Source of the DNA: Alphaproteobacteria bacterium
GTDB taxonomy: Bacteria; Pseudomonadota; Alphaproteobacteria; UBA828
Assembly: GCA_963422645.2 (NCBI GenBank)
Contig: CAXXVO010000005.1
Span: forward strand, 128,001-192,000
Direction: 5' to 3'
DNA length: 64,000 nt
This document shows positions 29,605 through 39,339 of the stretch, one piece after another. Position numbers and translations under genes: made by a program. The notes below the pieces were generated by a model. The model made no database searches. It worked only from the letters and a program-made list of their open reading frames with translations, and was not told where the DNA came from. Within the stretch, counting starts at the first letter, position 1. Each line of letters begins with the position of its first letter.

Positions 29605-29728
29605 CCTACGACAAGGCGAGGGGGGCCGAGATCGTGTCCCTGGATCTGCCGAACGGGGTGCTGGGGGCGCCGATGACCTACCTGCTCGACGGCGTGCAGC
29701 ACATCGCGTTGACCGTCGGGGGGGGGGG
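29600..29728 (+). pseudogene. C-terminal fragment of a PQQ-dependent dehydrogenase-like protein
   Basis: VAYDKARG...LDLP...GAPMTYLLDGVQHIALTVGG. Confidence 0.55.
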
Positions 29729-30240
29729 ACTCCCCACCATTTGTAAAGAGGGCTCCGGCACGCGCGAGTAGGCGTGCTTGGCACTCTGTGTGGTTTCTGC
29801 GTCACGCTGCATGGGCTTGTCTCGCGAAGGCGGGATTGAAGACGGTCTGGTTTTCGAGCATCGCGCAGGCAACGCCGAGCAGGCGGTCGGCGACGCCGCG
29901 AAGTGCACGAGCGTGGCCGTGGCCGCGGGCACGCAGCGCGGCGTATTTCGCCTTGCTGACGGGGTCGTGCTGTATCGCGACCCCGGCCCAGTGGTAGACG
30001 GCGTCCTGGAGCCGGTTGTGAGACGCGAGACGTCGTATGACGATGAGCGACTTGCCGGACCGCTTGGTCACGGGAGCGACGCCGGACAGGCATCGCAAGG
30101 CCTGGTAGTCTCGCCGGCGCAGAGGATCGTGTGCTTCTGCGAGCAGCGTGGCGAGGACGATCCTGCCGACGCCGGGAAGCGAGCTCAGGATTTCCACGTC
30201 ACGCTGCGCATTTGTTCCCGGCTCGTCCTCCGGGGAGGCT
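29729..30240 (-). mobile_element. IS110 element B, truncated copy (3' 512 bp)
   Basis: Matches 21401-21912 with one substitution seen; preceded by an 11-G run; cut off exactly at the TGT end at 30241. Confidence 0.9.
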
Positions 30241-30247
30241 TGTAGCC

Positions 30248-30290
30248 GGCCGAAAGTCTTTGCGAATCGCGGCCGGAAGTCTTTGCGAAT
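30248..30290 (+). repeat. Two tandem 20-bp putative transposase-binding sites, 23-bp period
   Basis: GGCCGAAAGTCTTTGCGAAT and GGCCGGAAGTCTTTGCGAAT. Confidence 0.85.
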
Positions 30291-30412
30291 GGCCTGGAAA
30301 ATCGTCTGGTTTTCGGGGCTGAATCGGGCTGGAAAAACCGGCCTGTGCATGGGCCGTGAAGGAGCGCTGCGCGGGGGGTTCAGGGCCCGTGCACGGGCGG
30401 TGCGTGAGGGTT

Positions 30413-31297
30413 TCAGGCGCGGTCGGGACCGGGGCGGGCGCCGGGGCGGCACGGGCGTTCGAGTTCGGCCTTCCACCATTCGGGGTCTTCGACGGCGCGT
30501 TCTGCGGCGTCGTATCCGTCGTGACCGGTCCATCTTCCGGGGTCGGCGTCGGCGTACCATCGGCCTGCGCCGCGGTGTCGTTCGAGGGCGTCGTCGATGC
30601 GGGCGATCCCGTCCGCCGGGCGTCCCCGGCAGAAGCGCTCGAAGAAGGCGTTGAGGCGGCATCGGGGGCAGCGTCCGCAGGGCTCTGCCGCGACGGTGCA
30701 TCGCCAGGTGAGCGCCTCCAGCCCGGGCGGGAGCAGGGCCTGGAGCATGAAGCGCCCGGCGACGGGTCCGAAGGGGTCGTCCCGCGACGGCGGCCACTGC
30801 GCGCCGTCCTCCCAGCCGGGGAAGAAGGGGAGTTCCATGGGGACGGCGGTGCGCGCGCGGTAGACGGGATACCAGTACATGCGGTGCATGTCGTCGGCGG
30901 TGTCCCACGAGGTGATGCCGAGCATCACCCGGTCGGCGCGGTGGCGCTCGGCCTCGTCGGCGTGGGTTGCGTACCGGTCGAGGCCCCAGGGGCCGAATGT
31001 GGGGTCGCAGACGCCCTCCCACCCTCTCCCGTCCCTGATCGGGTATCCGGCGCCGGCATCGAGGTCGAGGCGCAGGGCGTCGCGCGACACGTGGCGCACG
31101 GGCCGGACGTTGCGGGAGAGCCAGTCTGCGACGGCCTCGCTTGCGGCCTGCTCGCGGGCGATGCGCGCGGGCAGTTCGCGGGCCGGCTCGCGGTAGTAGG
31201 AGAGGACGACCTCGTCTTCGGTCTCGCGCAGGACGAGGAGGGCGAGGGCGGTGCTGTCGATGCCGCCGCCTGCGGGGACGAGGGTGCGTCTTGGAAT
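30413..31297 (-). CDS. QueC-like PP-loop ATPase (start uncertain)
   Basis: LVPAGGGIDSTALA PP-loop and TWRC-x6-CGRCPRC zinc motif. Confidence 0.7.
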   Translation of the reverse strand: MPRRTLVPAGGGIDSTALALLVLRETEDEVVLSYYREPARELPARIAREQAASEAVADWLSRNVRPVRHVSRDALRLDLDAGAGYPIRDGRGWEGVCDPTFGPWGLDRYATHADEAERHRADRVMLGITSWDTADDMHRMYWYPVYRARTAVPMELPFFPGWEDGAQWPPSRDDPFGPVAGRFMLQALLPPGLEALTWRCTVAAEPCGRCPRCRLNAFFERFCRGRPADGIARIDDALERHRGAGRWYADADPGRWTGHDGYDAAERAVEDPEWWKAELERPCRPGARPGPDRA

Positions 31298-31298
31298 C

Positions 31299-32111
31299 CT
31301 AGCCCCACTCGATGACGATATAGCCGGCGGAGACCGGGGAGGGCACGGTGAGCTGGGTGTGTCGGCTGACGCCGCTTGCGCCGGCGGGGGCGGAGGAGGT
31401 TCCGTCTGCGCCGTCTGCGCCGTTGCGTCCGTAGACCGCTCTCTTGCCGCCCTTGCCGCCGCGCGCCGTGCCGCCGAGGACGGCGGTGTTGCTGCCGTCG
31501 CCGCCGTCGGTGCCGGGGCGCGCCGTGCTGGTAAGGAGGGTGGGCGGTCCGTCCGTGCCGTCCACGCCGTTGCTTCCCACGGACCACCAGTAGGAGCTGC
31601 CCGGCGAGACCGCGATCTCGAAGTAGATGAAGCCGCCGCCGCCGCCGTCGCCGCCACGCCAGGTGGTGCGCCTGTCGGGGCCCCTGCCGCCGGAGGTGAT
31701 GCGGGTATAGCTGCCGCCGTCGCCGGCGGCGCCGCCCCGCAACTGCACGCGCACGCGGGTCACGCCCGTGGGCGCGACCCAGTACCCGGAGTCGGGCGTG
31801 GTGAAGGTCTTGCGCCCGCGCGGCGTGGGCCGGGGCGCCGGCTCGGGCGCGGGACGCGGCGGCGCCGTGCGCTCGCTGAGGTTGGCCAGCCGCGTGCGCT
31901 CGGCCGCGCTGAACACCTCGCCCCGCATCTGGCGGAAGGGGTGCAGGCCGGAGCCGTCGAGGGTGGCGACGCCGCCCGGATCGCCGAAGGCGTCGATCAT
32001 GGCGTTGATTGTGTCGGCCATGGCCTTTATGGCGACGCGGGCGTGGGCGGGCGAATCGCTGCCCTGGTCGAGGTGGGTGGTGTCGATCTTCCGGGTGGGC
32101 CATGCGGTCAT
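31299..32111 (-). CDS. Phage tail-fibre-like protein with glycine-rich C-terminal domain
   Basis: RBS AAAGGAAA; WVAPTGVTRVRVQLRGG, GGGGGF, ARGGKGG and GYIVIEW; follows the tail-tip gene. Confidence 0.75.
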   Translation of the reverse strand: MTAWPTRKIDTTHLDQGSDSPAHARVAIKAMADTINAMIDAFGDPGGVATLDGSGLHPFRQMRGEVFSAAERTRLANLSERTAPPRPAPEPAPRPTPRGRKTFTTPDSGYWVAPTGVTRVRVQLRGGAAGDGGSYTRITSGGRGPDRRTTWRGGDGGGGGFIYFEIAVSPGSSYWWSVGSNGVDGTDGPPTLLTSTARPGTDGGDGSNTAVLGGTARGGKGGKRAVYGRNGADGADGTSSAPAGASGVSRHTQLTVPSPVSAGYIVIEWG

Positions 32112-32132
32112 TGGGTTTCCTTTCGCGCCCAC

Positions 32133-33736
32133 TCAGCTCGCCGGCGCGGCGATATGGGCGCGGGCGAGGCCGAAGCAGAGGTACTTGACGGTGGGGAGTT
32201 GCCCGCGCTCCCAGGTCCAGGTCCACTCGACCTGGACGATGCGTCCTGCAATCCTGTCCCCGGCGGCGTAGCCGGTCCAGGCGGCGGAGGCGAGGTCGTC
32301 TCGGAAGTCGGCGGCGCGCACGCGCACCGTCGGCTGGACGGCGGCGTCGGAGTCCCAGGCGAGCACCGAGACGACGCCGTCCTGGCCGAGGTCTGCCGGC
32401 ATGGAGGTGTAGACGGTGGGCTCGGCCGCCCAGGCCGCGCCGGGGAGCGCCCATCCGGTCCAGGCGTCCCAGGTGGTGAGGCCGCGCCAGGCGTAGTCGG
32501 CGGCGCCGGTGGCGGGATCGGCCCAGGAGAAGTCGAGGGCCGCGCCGGCGAGCGTGCCGCGGGTCCATCCCTCGGCGCTGGGGCAGGCCCAGAACAGGCT
32601 CTCGCCCCGGCGCTGGGCGCCGAGGCGCGCGGTGACGCGGCTCTCGGGGCCGTAGCGCCCGCCGGTGTCGAGGGCGCGGAAGGAGAATACCCAGTCGCCG
32701 GCGGCGGGCTCGACGGCCTCCCACGGGCTTGCGGTGAGCCACCCCCGGTGGATCGCGCGCAGCTCTTCCCACGGCGTGCCCGGATCTGCGGGCCAGCCGG
32801 GCGCGGGTCCGTATCTGATGCGGACGCCGAGCAGGTCGGGGTCGGGCGGCTCGGCCCAGCGGAAGCGCCGGGTTCCGTCGCCGAGGCGCTCGACGTGGGC
32901 CTCGCCGACGGCGCCGGGGGGCGTGCGCAGGCCGCGGATCGTATATGCGATGCGGTGCCGCGGGCCGCCGCCGCGGGGCAGGACGACGATCTCGATCCAG
33001 CCCTCGGGCGGGCTGGTCCAGCGCGCCTCCGTGTCGCCGCCGTCGAGGCTGGCGACGGTGCGCATGGGCCGGCGCTCCCACGACGCGCGGACCTCGGCGC
33101 CGCGCCAGTCGCCGGCGACGGTGAGGGAGAGCGCGATCTCGACGAGGAAGGCGGCGCCGACGCGGATCAGGGTCTCGGTGACGGTGGCGTGCAGGACCCG
33201 CGGCAGATTGCGCCGTATCTGCGGCAGATCGACCGAGAGGTCGGCGGTGGCGGCAGCGTAGTAGGCGCCGAGCTCGTCGACGGCCTCGAGGCGCACCCGG
33301 TCCCCGGATCTGGGGCTGACGCCCACGACCTTCACCCTCGCCGGCCCGGCGCCTGCGGGATAGAGGCGCCAGAGCGTGTCGACGGGCTCGCCGATTCCGT
33401 CCTCCGGCGCGGGTGTCGTCCACACGCGGGCGGTTTCGGCGCCGTTCGCGCGCGCGTCGGAGCCGGGCGGGCCGGCATGGGCGCGCACGGTCTCGAGCGC
33501 CCCTTCGGGCCGGCGCAGCATCAGCCAGTCGGTCCCCGCCTCGCCGGCGATCCGCACGGCGCGGTCGAGGGTGCATCCGTCGTCGTGCAGGGCGACGAGC
33601 CGGCCCGTGCGGCCGCCGTCGAGCAGGCCGTGGCTGAGGTGGACCACGTCGCCGCGCCTGATGGAGAGGCCTTCCGGCCCCGTCTCCCAGGCGATCCGCC
33701 GCCGGTGGTAGCGCTGGCGCGCGGCCTGGAGATTGT
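32133..33736 (-). pseudogene. Phage tail-tip/host-specificity (TipJ-like) protein, 5'-truncated by IS21
   Basis: NLQAARQRYHRRRIAWETGPEGLSIRRGDVVHLSH and FN3-like segment (FRW...PDPDLLGVRIRY...FRALDTGG). Confidence 0.72.
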
Positions 33737-33794
33737 TGTTAAGCGTGGAAAAGTGACCCCCTATTGGGGGTGATCGGCGTCCAAAATTGACCCC
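33737..33794 (+). repeat. IS21-family left end
   Basis: TGTTAAGCGTGGAAAAGTGACCCC with second site GCGTCCAAAATTGACCCC. Confidence 0.8.
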
Positions 33795-33852
33795 CTTGGA
33801 TTTGTGTCCATGAACACACCTCGTCGTTTGGACGGACGGGGTGGTGGGGGAG

Positions 33853-35367
33853 ATGCTGGTTGTGGAAACGATCGCGAAGATCCGTCGGGATCATCTGGTG
33901 AAGGGCGTTCCGATCAAGAAGCTCGCCCGGGATTTGAGGGTTTCCAAGAACACGATACGCAAGGTGGTGCGGGGCGATGCGACCTCGCACAGCTACGAGC
34001 GCAAGATCCAGCCGATGCCGAAGCTTGGGCTGTGGGTGGAGGAGCTTGAGCGCCAGCTGAAGGCCAACGAGAAGAAGGCACGCAAGGATCGGCTGTCTCT
34101 TCTGCGGATTCATGAAGACCTTGTGTCGCTGGGCTACAAGGGCGGCTATGACGCGGTTCGCCGCTATGCCAGGGCCTGGCGGCGCCGGTGGCGGCTGTTG
34201 TCGCCGGCGCAGGCCTATGTGCCGCTGATCTTCGATCCCGGCGAGGCCTACCAGTTCGACTGGAGCCACGAGTACGCGCGTCTGTCGGGCGCGACGACCA
34301 GGGTGAAGGCGGCGCACATGCGGCTGTGCCACAGCCGGATGTATCTGGTCCAGATCTTTCCCCGCGAGAGCCAGGAGATGGTCTTCGAGGCGCACGAGCG
34401 TGCCTTCCGCTTCTTCGGCGGGGTCTGCCGGCGGGGCATCTACGACAACATGAAGACGGCGGTGAGCACGATCTTCGTGGGCAAGAAGCGGGACTACAAC
34501 CGCCGCTTCCAGGAGCTGTGCTCGCACCATCTGGTGGAGCCTGTGGCGTGCACGCCAGGGGCTGGCTGGGAGAAGGGGCAGGTCGAGAAGCAGGTGGGTG
34601 ACCTTCGCGGCCGCCTGTTCGTGCCCATCCCGCGGGGCCGCTCCTACGCCGAGATCAACGAGTGGCTGATGGATCGGTGCATCGAGGACGCCAAGAAGCA
34701 TCCGCATCCGACAATCCCGGGCAAGACGGTGTGGCAGGTGTTCGAGGAGGAGCAGCCCTTCCTGATGGCGTATCGCGGCCCCTTCGACGGCTTCCATGCC
34801 AGCGAGGTGTCGGTCTCGAAGACCTGTCTGGTGCGCTTCGACAACAACCAGTACAGCGTCGCGGCCCGCGCCGTCGGCCGGCCGGTGGACGTGCGGGCCT
34901 ATGCCGATCGGATCGTCATCCGCCAGGACGGCGAGACCGTTGCCGAGCACCCCCGCAGCTTCGGGCGCGGCCGGTTCGTCTACGATCCGTGGCATTACGT
35001 GCCGATCCTGACGCGGAAGCCCGGCGCGCTACGCAATGGCGCGCCCTTCAAGGACTGGCAGTTGCCCAACGCGCTCGGCCGCCTGCGAACCCGGCTCGCG
35101 GGCCACGACGACGGCGACCGGCAGTTCGTCAAGGTGCTCGCGGCGGTGCTGGAGGACGGACTGGAGGCGGTTGAGGCGGCCTGTGCCGAGACGCTCGACT
35201 GCGGTGCCTGCAGCGCCGACGTGGTGCTCAACATCCTCGCCCGGCAGCGCCAGCCGGCACCGCCGGCAATCATCCCGACGCCCGAGGGCCTGCAGCTTCG
35301 CCACAAGCCGGTAGCCGACTGTCAGCGCTACGACAGCCTGAGGGAGGCCGGTCATGGAGCGTCATGA
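33853..35367 (+). CDS. istA: IS21 transposase IstA
   Basis: [30 protein letters not shown]. Confidence 0.95.
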   Translation: MLVVETIAKIRRDHLVKGVPIKKLARDLRVSKNTIRKVVRGDATSHSYERKIQPMPKLGLWVEELERQLKANEKKARKDRLSLLRIHEDLVSLGYKGGYDAVRRYARAWRRRWRLLSPAQAYVPLIFDPGEAYQFDWSHEYARLSGATTRVKAAHMRLCHSRMYLVQIFPRESQEMVFEAHERAFRFFGGVCRRGIYDNMKTAVSTIFVGKKRDYNRRFQELCSHHLVEPVACTPGAGWEKGQVEKQVGDLRGRLFVPIPRGRSYAEINEWLMDRCIEDAKKHPHPTIPGKTVWQVFEEEQPFLMAYRGPFDGFHASEVSVSKTCLVRFDNNQYSVAARAVGRPVDVRAYADRIVIRQDGETVAEHPRSFGRGRFVYDPWHYVPILTRKPGALRNGAPFKDWQLPNALGRLRTRLAGHDDGDRQFVKVLAAVLEDGLEAVEAACAETLDCGACSADVVLNILARQRQPAPPAIIPTPEGLQLRHKPVADCQRYDSLREAGHGAS

Positions 35368-36082
35368 TGTGCTGGAGATGATGACCCAGCTGAAGCTCGC
35401 AGGTATGCGCGCCGCTTACGACGACATCCTTGCCGACGGGCTCAAGCGCCGCCATCCGGTGCAACAGATCATCGGTACGCTGCTGCAGGTCGAGATCGCC
35501 GACAAGAGGGCCCGCTCGATCAAGTACCAGATGGCCTCCGCCAAGCTGCCGACGGTCAAGGAGCTGGCCGACTTCGACTTCGCCGCCTCGCCGGTCAACG
35601 AGCCCCTGATCCAGGAGCTCGCCGGCGGCGGCTTCCTCGAGGGCAAACGCAACATCGTGCTGGTCGGCGGCACCGGTACCGGCAAGACCCATCTCGCCGT
35701 CGCCATCGCGCGGTCCTGCATCCGCAAGGGCGCGCGCGGCCGGTGCTACAACGTCGTCGACCTGGTCAACCTCCTCGAGGCCGAGCTTCGCGCCGGACGC
35801 CAGGGCCGCACTGCAGACCAGCTCGTCCGCCGCGACTTCGTCATCCTCGACGAGCTCGGCTACCTGCCCTTCGCCCAGGCCGGTGGGCAGCTGCTCTTCC
35901 ATCTGATGAGCCGGCTCTACGAGCGCACCTCGATCGTCATCACCACAAACCTCGCCTTCGGCGAATGGCCATCCGTCTTCGGCGACCCCAAGATGACCAC
36001 AGCGCTGCTCGATCGCCTCACCCATCATTGCGAGATCATCGAGACCGGCAACGAGAGCTGGCGCTTCAAGAACCGCTCCTGA
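35354..36082 (+). CDS. istB: IS21 helper ATPase IstB
   Basis: [27 protein letters not shown]. Confidence 0.95.
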   Translation: MERHDVLEMMTQLKLAGMRAAYDDILADGLKRRHPVQQIIGTLLQVEIADKRARSIKYQMASAKLPTVKELADFDFAASPVNEPLIQELAGGGFLEGKRNIVLVGGTGTGKTHLAVAIARSCIRKGARGRCYNVVDLVNLLEAELRAGRQGRTADQLVRRDFVILDELGYLPFAQAGGQLLFHLMSRLYERTSIVITTNLAFGEWPSVFGDPKMTTALLDRLTHHCEIIETGNESWRFKNRS

Positions 36083-36266
36083 CCCGCCGCCGGCCTCCCT
36101 TGCGGCCCGGTTGCCCCGGTGGGCCAACAGGGACCCCCCACGCGGCTTCGCTCCGCGTAGCGCAGGGCGCCACACGAAGCCGCGCGCGCTCAACGCCGCC
36201 AACCCCTTGACCTTCCGCCTTCTTCCCGGCATCTTCCGGATTCGCAATGACTTTCGTCCCCCTACA

Positions 36267-36482
36267 CACATAGCCGTAGTCATACCAGCAGTCGCGGCGG
36301 ATGTGGTTCATGAATTCGTTTACGACGTCGTCGTACTCGGCCCAGGGGAAGGCGACGATTTCACCGTCGTCGTACCTGTCGTGCACGCTCTTGATTGGCG
36401 CAGAGCCTTCCGCTTAGAGCTTGGGCAAGAAGGCGACCAAGTCTCGGATATCCTGCGCCGTCGGCTGCGGCGTCCTCGTCAT
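36267..36482 (-). pseudogene. Truncated hypothetical gene with internal stop (DUF6508-like by recollection)
   Basis: MTRTPQPTAQDIRDLVAFLPKL*AEG...CWYDYGYV, cut at the ACA end at 36266. Confidence 0.45.
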
Positions 36483-36629
36483 TGGTTTGCTCCTATCAAC
36501 TCGCGTTGTTGCTTGCCGACACCGACGTCCCTGTCTCGTCTCGCCGTTCTCGACCATCGGCGTCCGCCTGCGCGTCCATGACGACGCGCGCCCGAAGTGC
36601 GGGCTCCATCGGACTGACCATGACCGTTC

Positions 36630-37523
36630 TTATTCTTCTGGGGAGATGTCGGGGAACACCGTCGCATTTTCGTGTATCAAGCGGGTGGGCTGCACCCACC
36701 AACCGGGACGCTCGCGGGCGATGGCGCCTGCCGCGTCCACTGCTGCCGCCTCATCCGCGAACAGGCCGAAGCAGGTGCCGCCCGAGCCGGTCATACGGGC
36801 GAGCAGGCAGCCTGTCGCCGCCACAAGGCGCGCGAGTACCCGGTCGATTTCGGGCACCTGGGCACGAGCCGGCAGCTCAAGATCGTTGCGCCGGGTGCGC
36901 AGCAGAGTGGCGAGCGCCGTCGCATCCGCGGGGGTCTCGCAGAAGCGATCCGCAGCCGAGAACGGCCCGCCCCGCGCGGCGAAGACGGGCCCGGTGGGCA
37001 CCGGCACGCCGGGATTGACCAGCAGCACGCCGCAGGGCGGCAGCGGCGGCGGTGCGCCCAACGCTTCGCCGATGCCGGCCATGTACGCGGCGCGCGAGTC
37101 CAAGCAAACGGGCACGTCGGCGCCGAGGCCGAGCGCGATCTCCCGAAGATCGTCCGTGTGCTCGGGGCCGAGCCGCCACAGCCGGGCGAGGCCGCGCAAT
37201 ACAGCCGCGGCATCGGCCGAGCCGCCGCCGAGGCCGGCCGCGACTGGCAGGCGCTTGTGCAGCGCGATCCGCACGCCGGCGGGTCGGCCGAGCCTCTCCG
37301 CCAGCGCCGCCGCAGCCCGCGTAGCCAGATTGTCGCCGGCGTCCAAGGCATCGGCGAAGGGTCCGCTCACGTTGAGAGCGAGGGCGTCGGCCGGCGCGAT
37401 CTCCAGTGTATCCGCGAGGGCGGCGAAGGTGACGAGGCTATCCAACTCGTGATAGCCGTCGGCCCGCCGGCCGGTTACGTGGAGGTAGAGGTTGAGCTTG
37501 GCCGGCGCCTCGACCCGGATCAC
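36630..37523 (-). CDS. ispE: 4-diphosphocytidyl-2-C-methyl-D-erythritol kinase
   Basis: APAKLNLYLHV, PVAAGLGGGSADAA, GADVP, MTGSG. Confidence 0.96.
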   Translation of the reverse strand: MIRVEAPAKLNLYLHVTGRRADGYHELDSLVTFAALADTLEIAPADALALNVSGPFADALDAGDNLATRAAAALAERLGRPAGVRIALHKRLPVAAGLGGGSADAAAVLRGLARLWRLGPEHTDDLREIALGLGADVPVCLDSRAAYMAGIGEALGAPPPLPPCGVLLVNPGVPVPTGPVFAARGGPFSAADRFCETPADATALATLLRTRRNDLELPARAQVPEIDRVLARLVAATGCLLARMTGSGGTCFGLFADEAAAVDAAGAIARERPGWWVQPTRLIHENATVFPDISPEE

Positions 37524-37533
37524 CGCCGGTCCT

Positions 37534-39339
37534 CTACTGTGATGCTTCGGCCTCGGCTCCGGCGGAGAGACCGTCCGCGATCTTGCGCCGGACCTGGGCG
37601 GCCAGATCGTCCTCCGGATCGAGGGTGAGCACGCGCCGCCACTGGAAGCGCGCCTCGTGCAACCGGCCCACCTGCCAGTAGGCGTCGCCCAGGTGGTCGT
37701 TGATGATGGGATCGCCCGCCACCAGCTCGACCGCCCGCTCCAGCTGGCGCACGGCCTCCTCGAAGTCGCCCAGCCTGTAGGCCGCCCACCCGAGGCTGTC
37801 GACGATATAGCCGTCGTCGGGCCGGAGCTCGACGGCCTTCTCGATCATGGTCCTGGCCTCGTCGAGATTGCGCCCCTGCTCCACCCAGGTATAGCCGAGA
37901 TAGTTGAGCACCAGCGGCTGATCCGGCTCCAACTCTAGCGCGTGCTTGAAGTCGGCCTCGGCCTTGGGCCACTCGCCCAGGCGTTCGAACGCGATGCCGC
38001 GCACGTAGAAGAGGCGCCAGTGGCGATACTCGACCGTCTCGATCCGCTCGACCGCGATGTCGTAGGCGGCAGCGGCCTCCGCGTATTGCTCGTCCCTCCT
38101 GAACACATCGCCGAGCGTGGTGACGGCGTCCGTGCGCTCGGGTTGCTCGTCCGCCAGCCGTCTCAGCGTCGCGATCGCTTCATCCTGCCGGTCGAGATCC
38201 GCGAGATCGCTCGCAGCGCGGAGCTGCGCCGCCCAGGCGAAGTCCGATTCGGCCGGGATGGAACGGTAGGCGTCGACTGCGGCCTCCAGGCGCTCCGCAT
38301 CTTCGAGAATTTCGCCAATCAAGAAGCGGGCCGCATGCAGATCGTCGCGGAGGAAAAGCGCAAGGCGCGCGTAGATCAGCGCGGCTTCGCCGTTGTCCCG
38401 GTTCGGTACCGAGGCGGCCACGCCGAGCAGAGCCTCCGCCAAGCCCTCGCGCGCATCGGAGACGATAGGCGGCACCGTCTCGCCGGCATCGACCGCAGCC
38501 AGCACGCGCTCCACCCAGATGATGTCCGGATTCTGTTCACGGTACTCCTGGTAGATCGCGCGGGCATCGACGATGCGCCCCGCCCGCATCAGGAGGCTGC
38601 CGAGCGCCGCCACCGGGCGGTGCGAGCCCGTGGAGTTCACGACCGCTTCACGCAGGAGGGCCTCGGCATCCGCCTCTCGCCCGGCGAGATCGTTAATCAG
38701 GCCGGCATGGAGGTTGAAGAAGGGCCGGTAGGCATCACGATCCGCGAGCGGTGCCAGCGCCGTCAGCGCCTCCGTGTCTGAGCCGGTACCGGTGTGTATC
38801 CACGCCTCGGCGAGCGGTATCAGGAGTGCATAGACGCTCTCCCGCTCGATCGCATCGATGCGCTGAAGCGCCGATTCGTCGTCGCCCTCGCGCGCGTCCC
38901 GCAGCCCGAGAAGGAATTGCGCCAGACGTCCGCTCGCCCCGATATCGAGCAGGCGCTCGGCCAGCGCGGCTGCAACGTCAATCCGGCCGTCGGCAACCTG
39001 TAGAGACACGGTGCGGCGCAGGAGAGAGGGATTGTCCGGATCCGCAGCGAGGACGCGCTGCAAGTGCCGGGCTGCCGCCGCATAGTCGCCGCGGCCATGG
39101 GCGTAGCGGCCGACGAGATAGCTGCCGAACTGCGAGGCGGCGGCCCGGTGGGCGCTCGCTGCGGGCTCCGGCGGCAAGGGTGGATCGTGCTCATCGGCTG
39201 CGATCGGCCCTGCAATGCTCGCCCCGCCGATCAGTCCGGCGGCCAGGGCACCGCTCAACCAGGCGACCGCGCCGCGACGCCCGCTGCCCGGGTCCTGCCG
39301 TCGCCGGGCGGCGCCCGCCCTTGCTTCACATGTTGGCAT
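37534..39339 (-). CDS. Tetratricopeptide repeat protein
   Basis: [23 protein letters not shown]; usual position upstream of ispE; start uncertain. Confidence 0.88.
   Translation of the reverse strand: MPTCEARAGAARRRQDPGSGRRGAVAWLSGALAAGLIGGASIAGPIAADEHDPPLPPEPAASAHRAAASQFGSYLVGRYAHGRGDYAAAARHLQRVLAADPDNPSLLRRTVSLQVADGRIDVAAALAERLLDIGASGRLAQFLLGLRDAREGDDESALQRIDAIERESVYALLIPLAEAWIHTGTGSDTEALTALAPLADRDAYRPFFNLHAGLINDLAGREADAEALLREAVVNSTGSHRPVAALGSLLMRAGRIVDARAIYQEYREQNPDIIWVERVLAAVDAGETVPPIVSDAREGLAEALLGVAASVPNRDNGEAALIYARLALFLRDDLHAARFLIGEILEDAERLEAAVDAYRSIPAESDFAWAAQLRAASDLADLDRQDEAIATLRRLADEQPERTDAVTTLGDVFRRDEQYAEAAAAYDIAVERIETVEYRHWRLFYVRGIAFERLGEWPKAEADFKHALELEPDQPLVLNYLGYTWVEQGRNLDEARTMIEKAVELRPDDGYIVDSLGWAAYRLGDFEEAVRQLERAVELVAGDPIINDHLGDAYWQVGRLHEARFQWRRVLTLDPEDDLAAQVRRKIADGLSAGAEAEASQ

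Larger units (their letters stand above)
30241..36266. mobile_element. TGT...ACA-bounded unit with phage tail cargo and istAB (transposable-prophage remnant or IS21-derived composite)
   Basis: Left TGTAGCCGGCCGAAAGTCTTTGCGAAT versus reverse complement of right TGTAGGGGGACGAAAGTCATTGCGAAT; no target duplication. Confidence 0.65.

Noticed and set aside
30248-30290. Tandem repeat as a CRISPR array
   Set aside because: Only two units with a 3-bp gap and no cas genes. No CRISPR array, tRNA or rRNA was recognised anywhere in the window.
29802-31022. 406-aa ORF suggesting a novel IS110 fusion
   Set aside because: An open shadow frame running across the 30241 breakpoint into the truncated IS110-B.
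30925-33773. Very long Arg-rich or antisense ORFs (883 aa, 840 aa)
   Set aside because: Alternative-frame artefacts of very high-GC phage genes; the same applies to many overlapping ORFs in the track.
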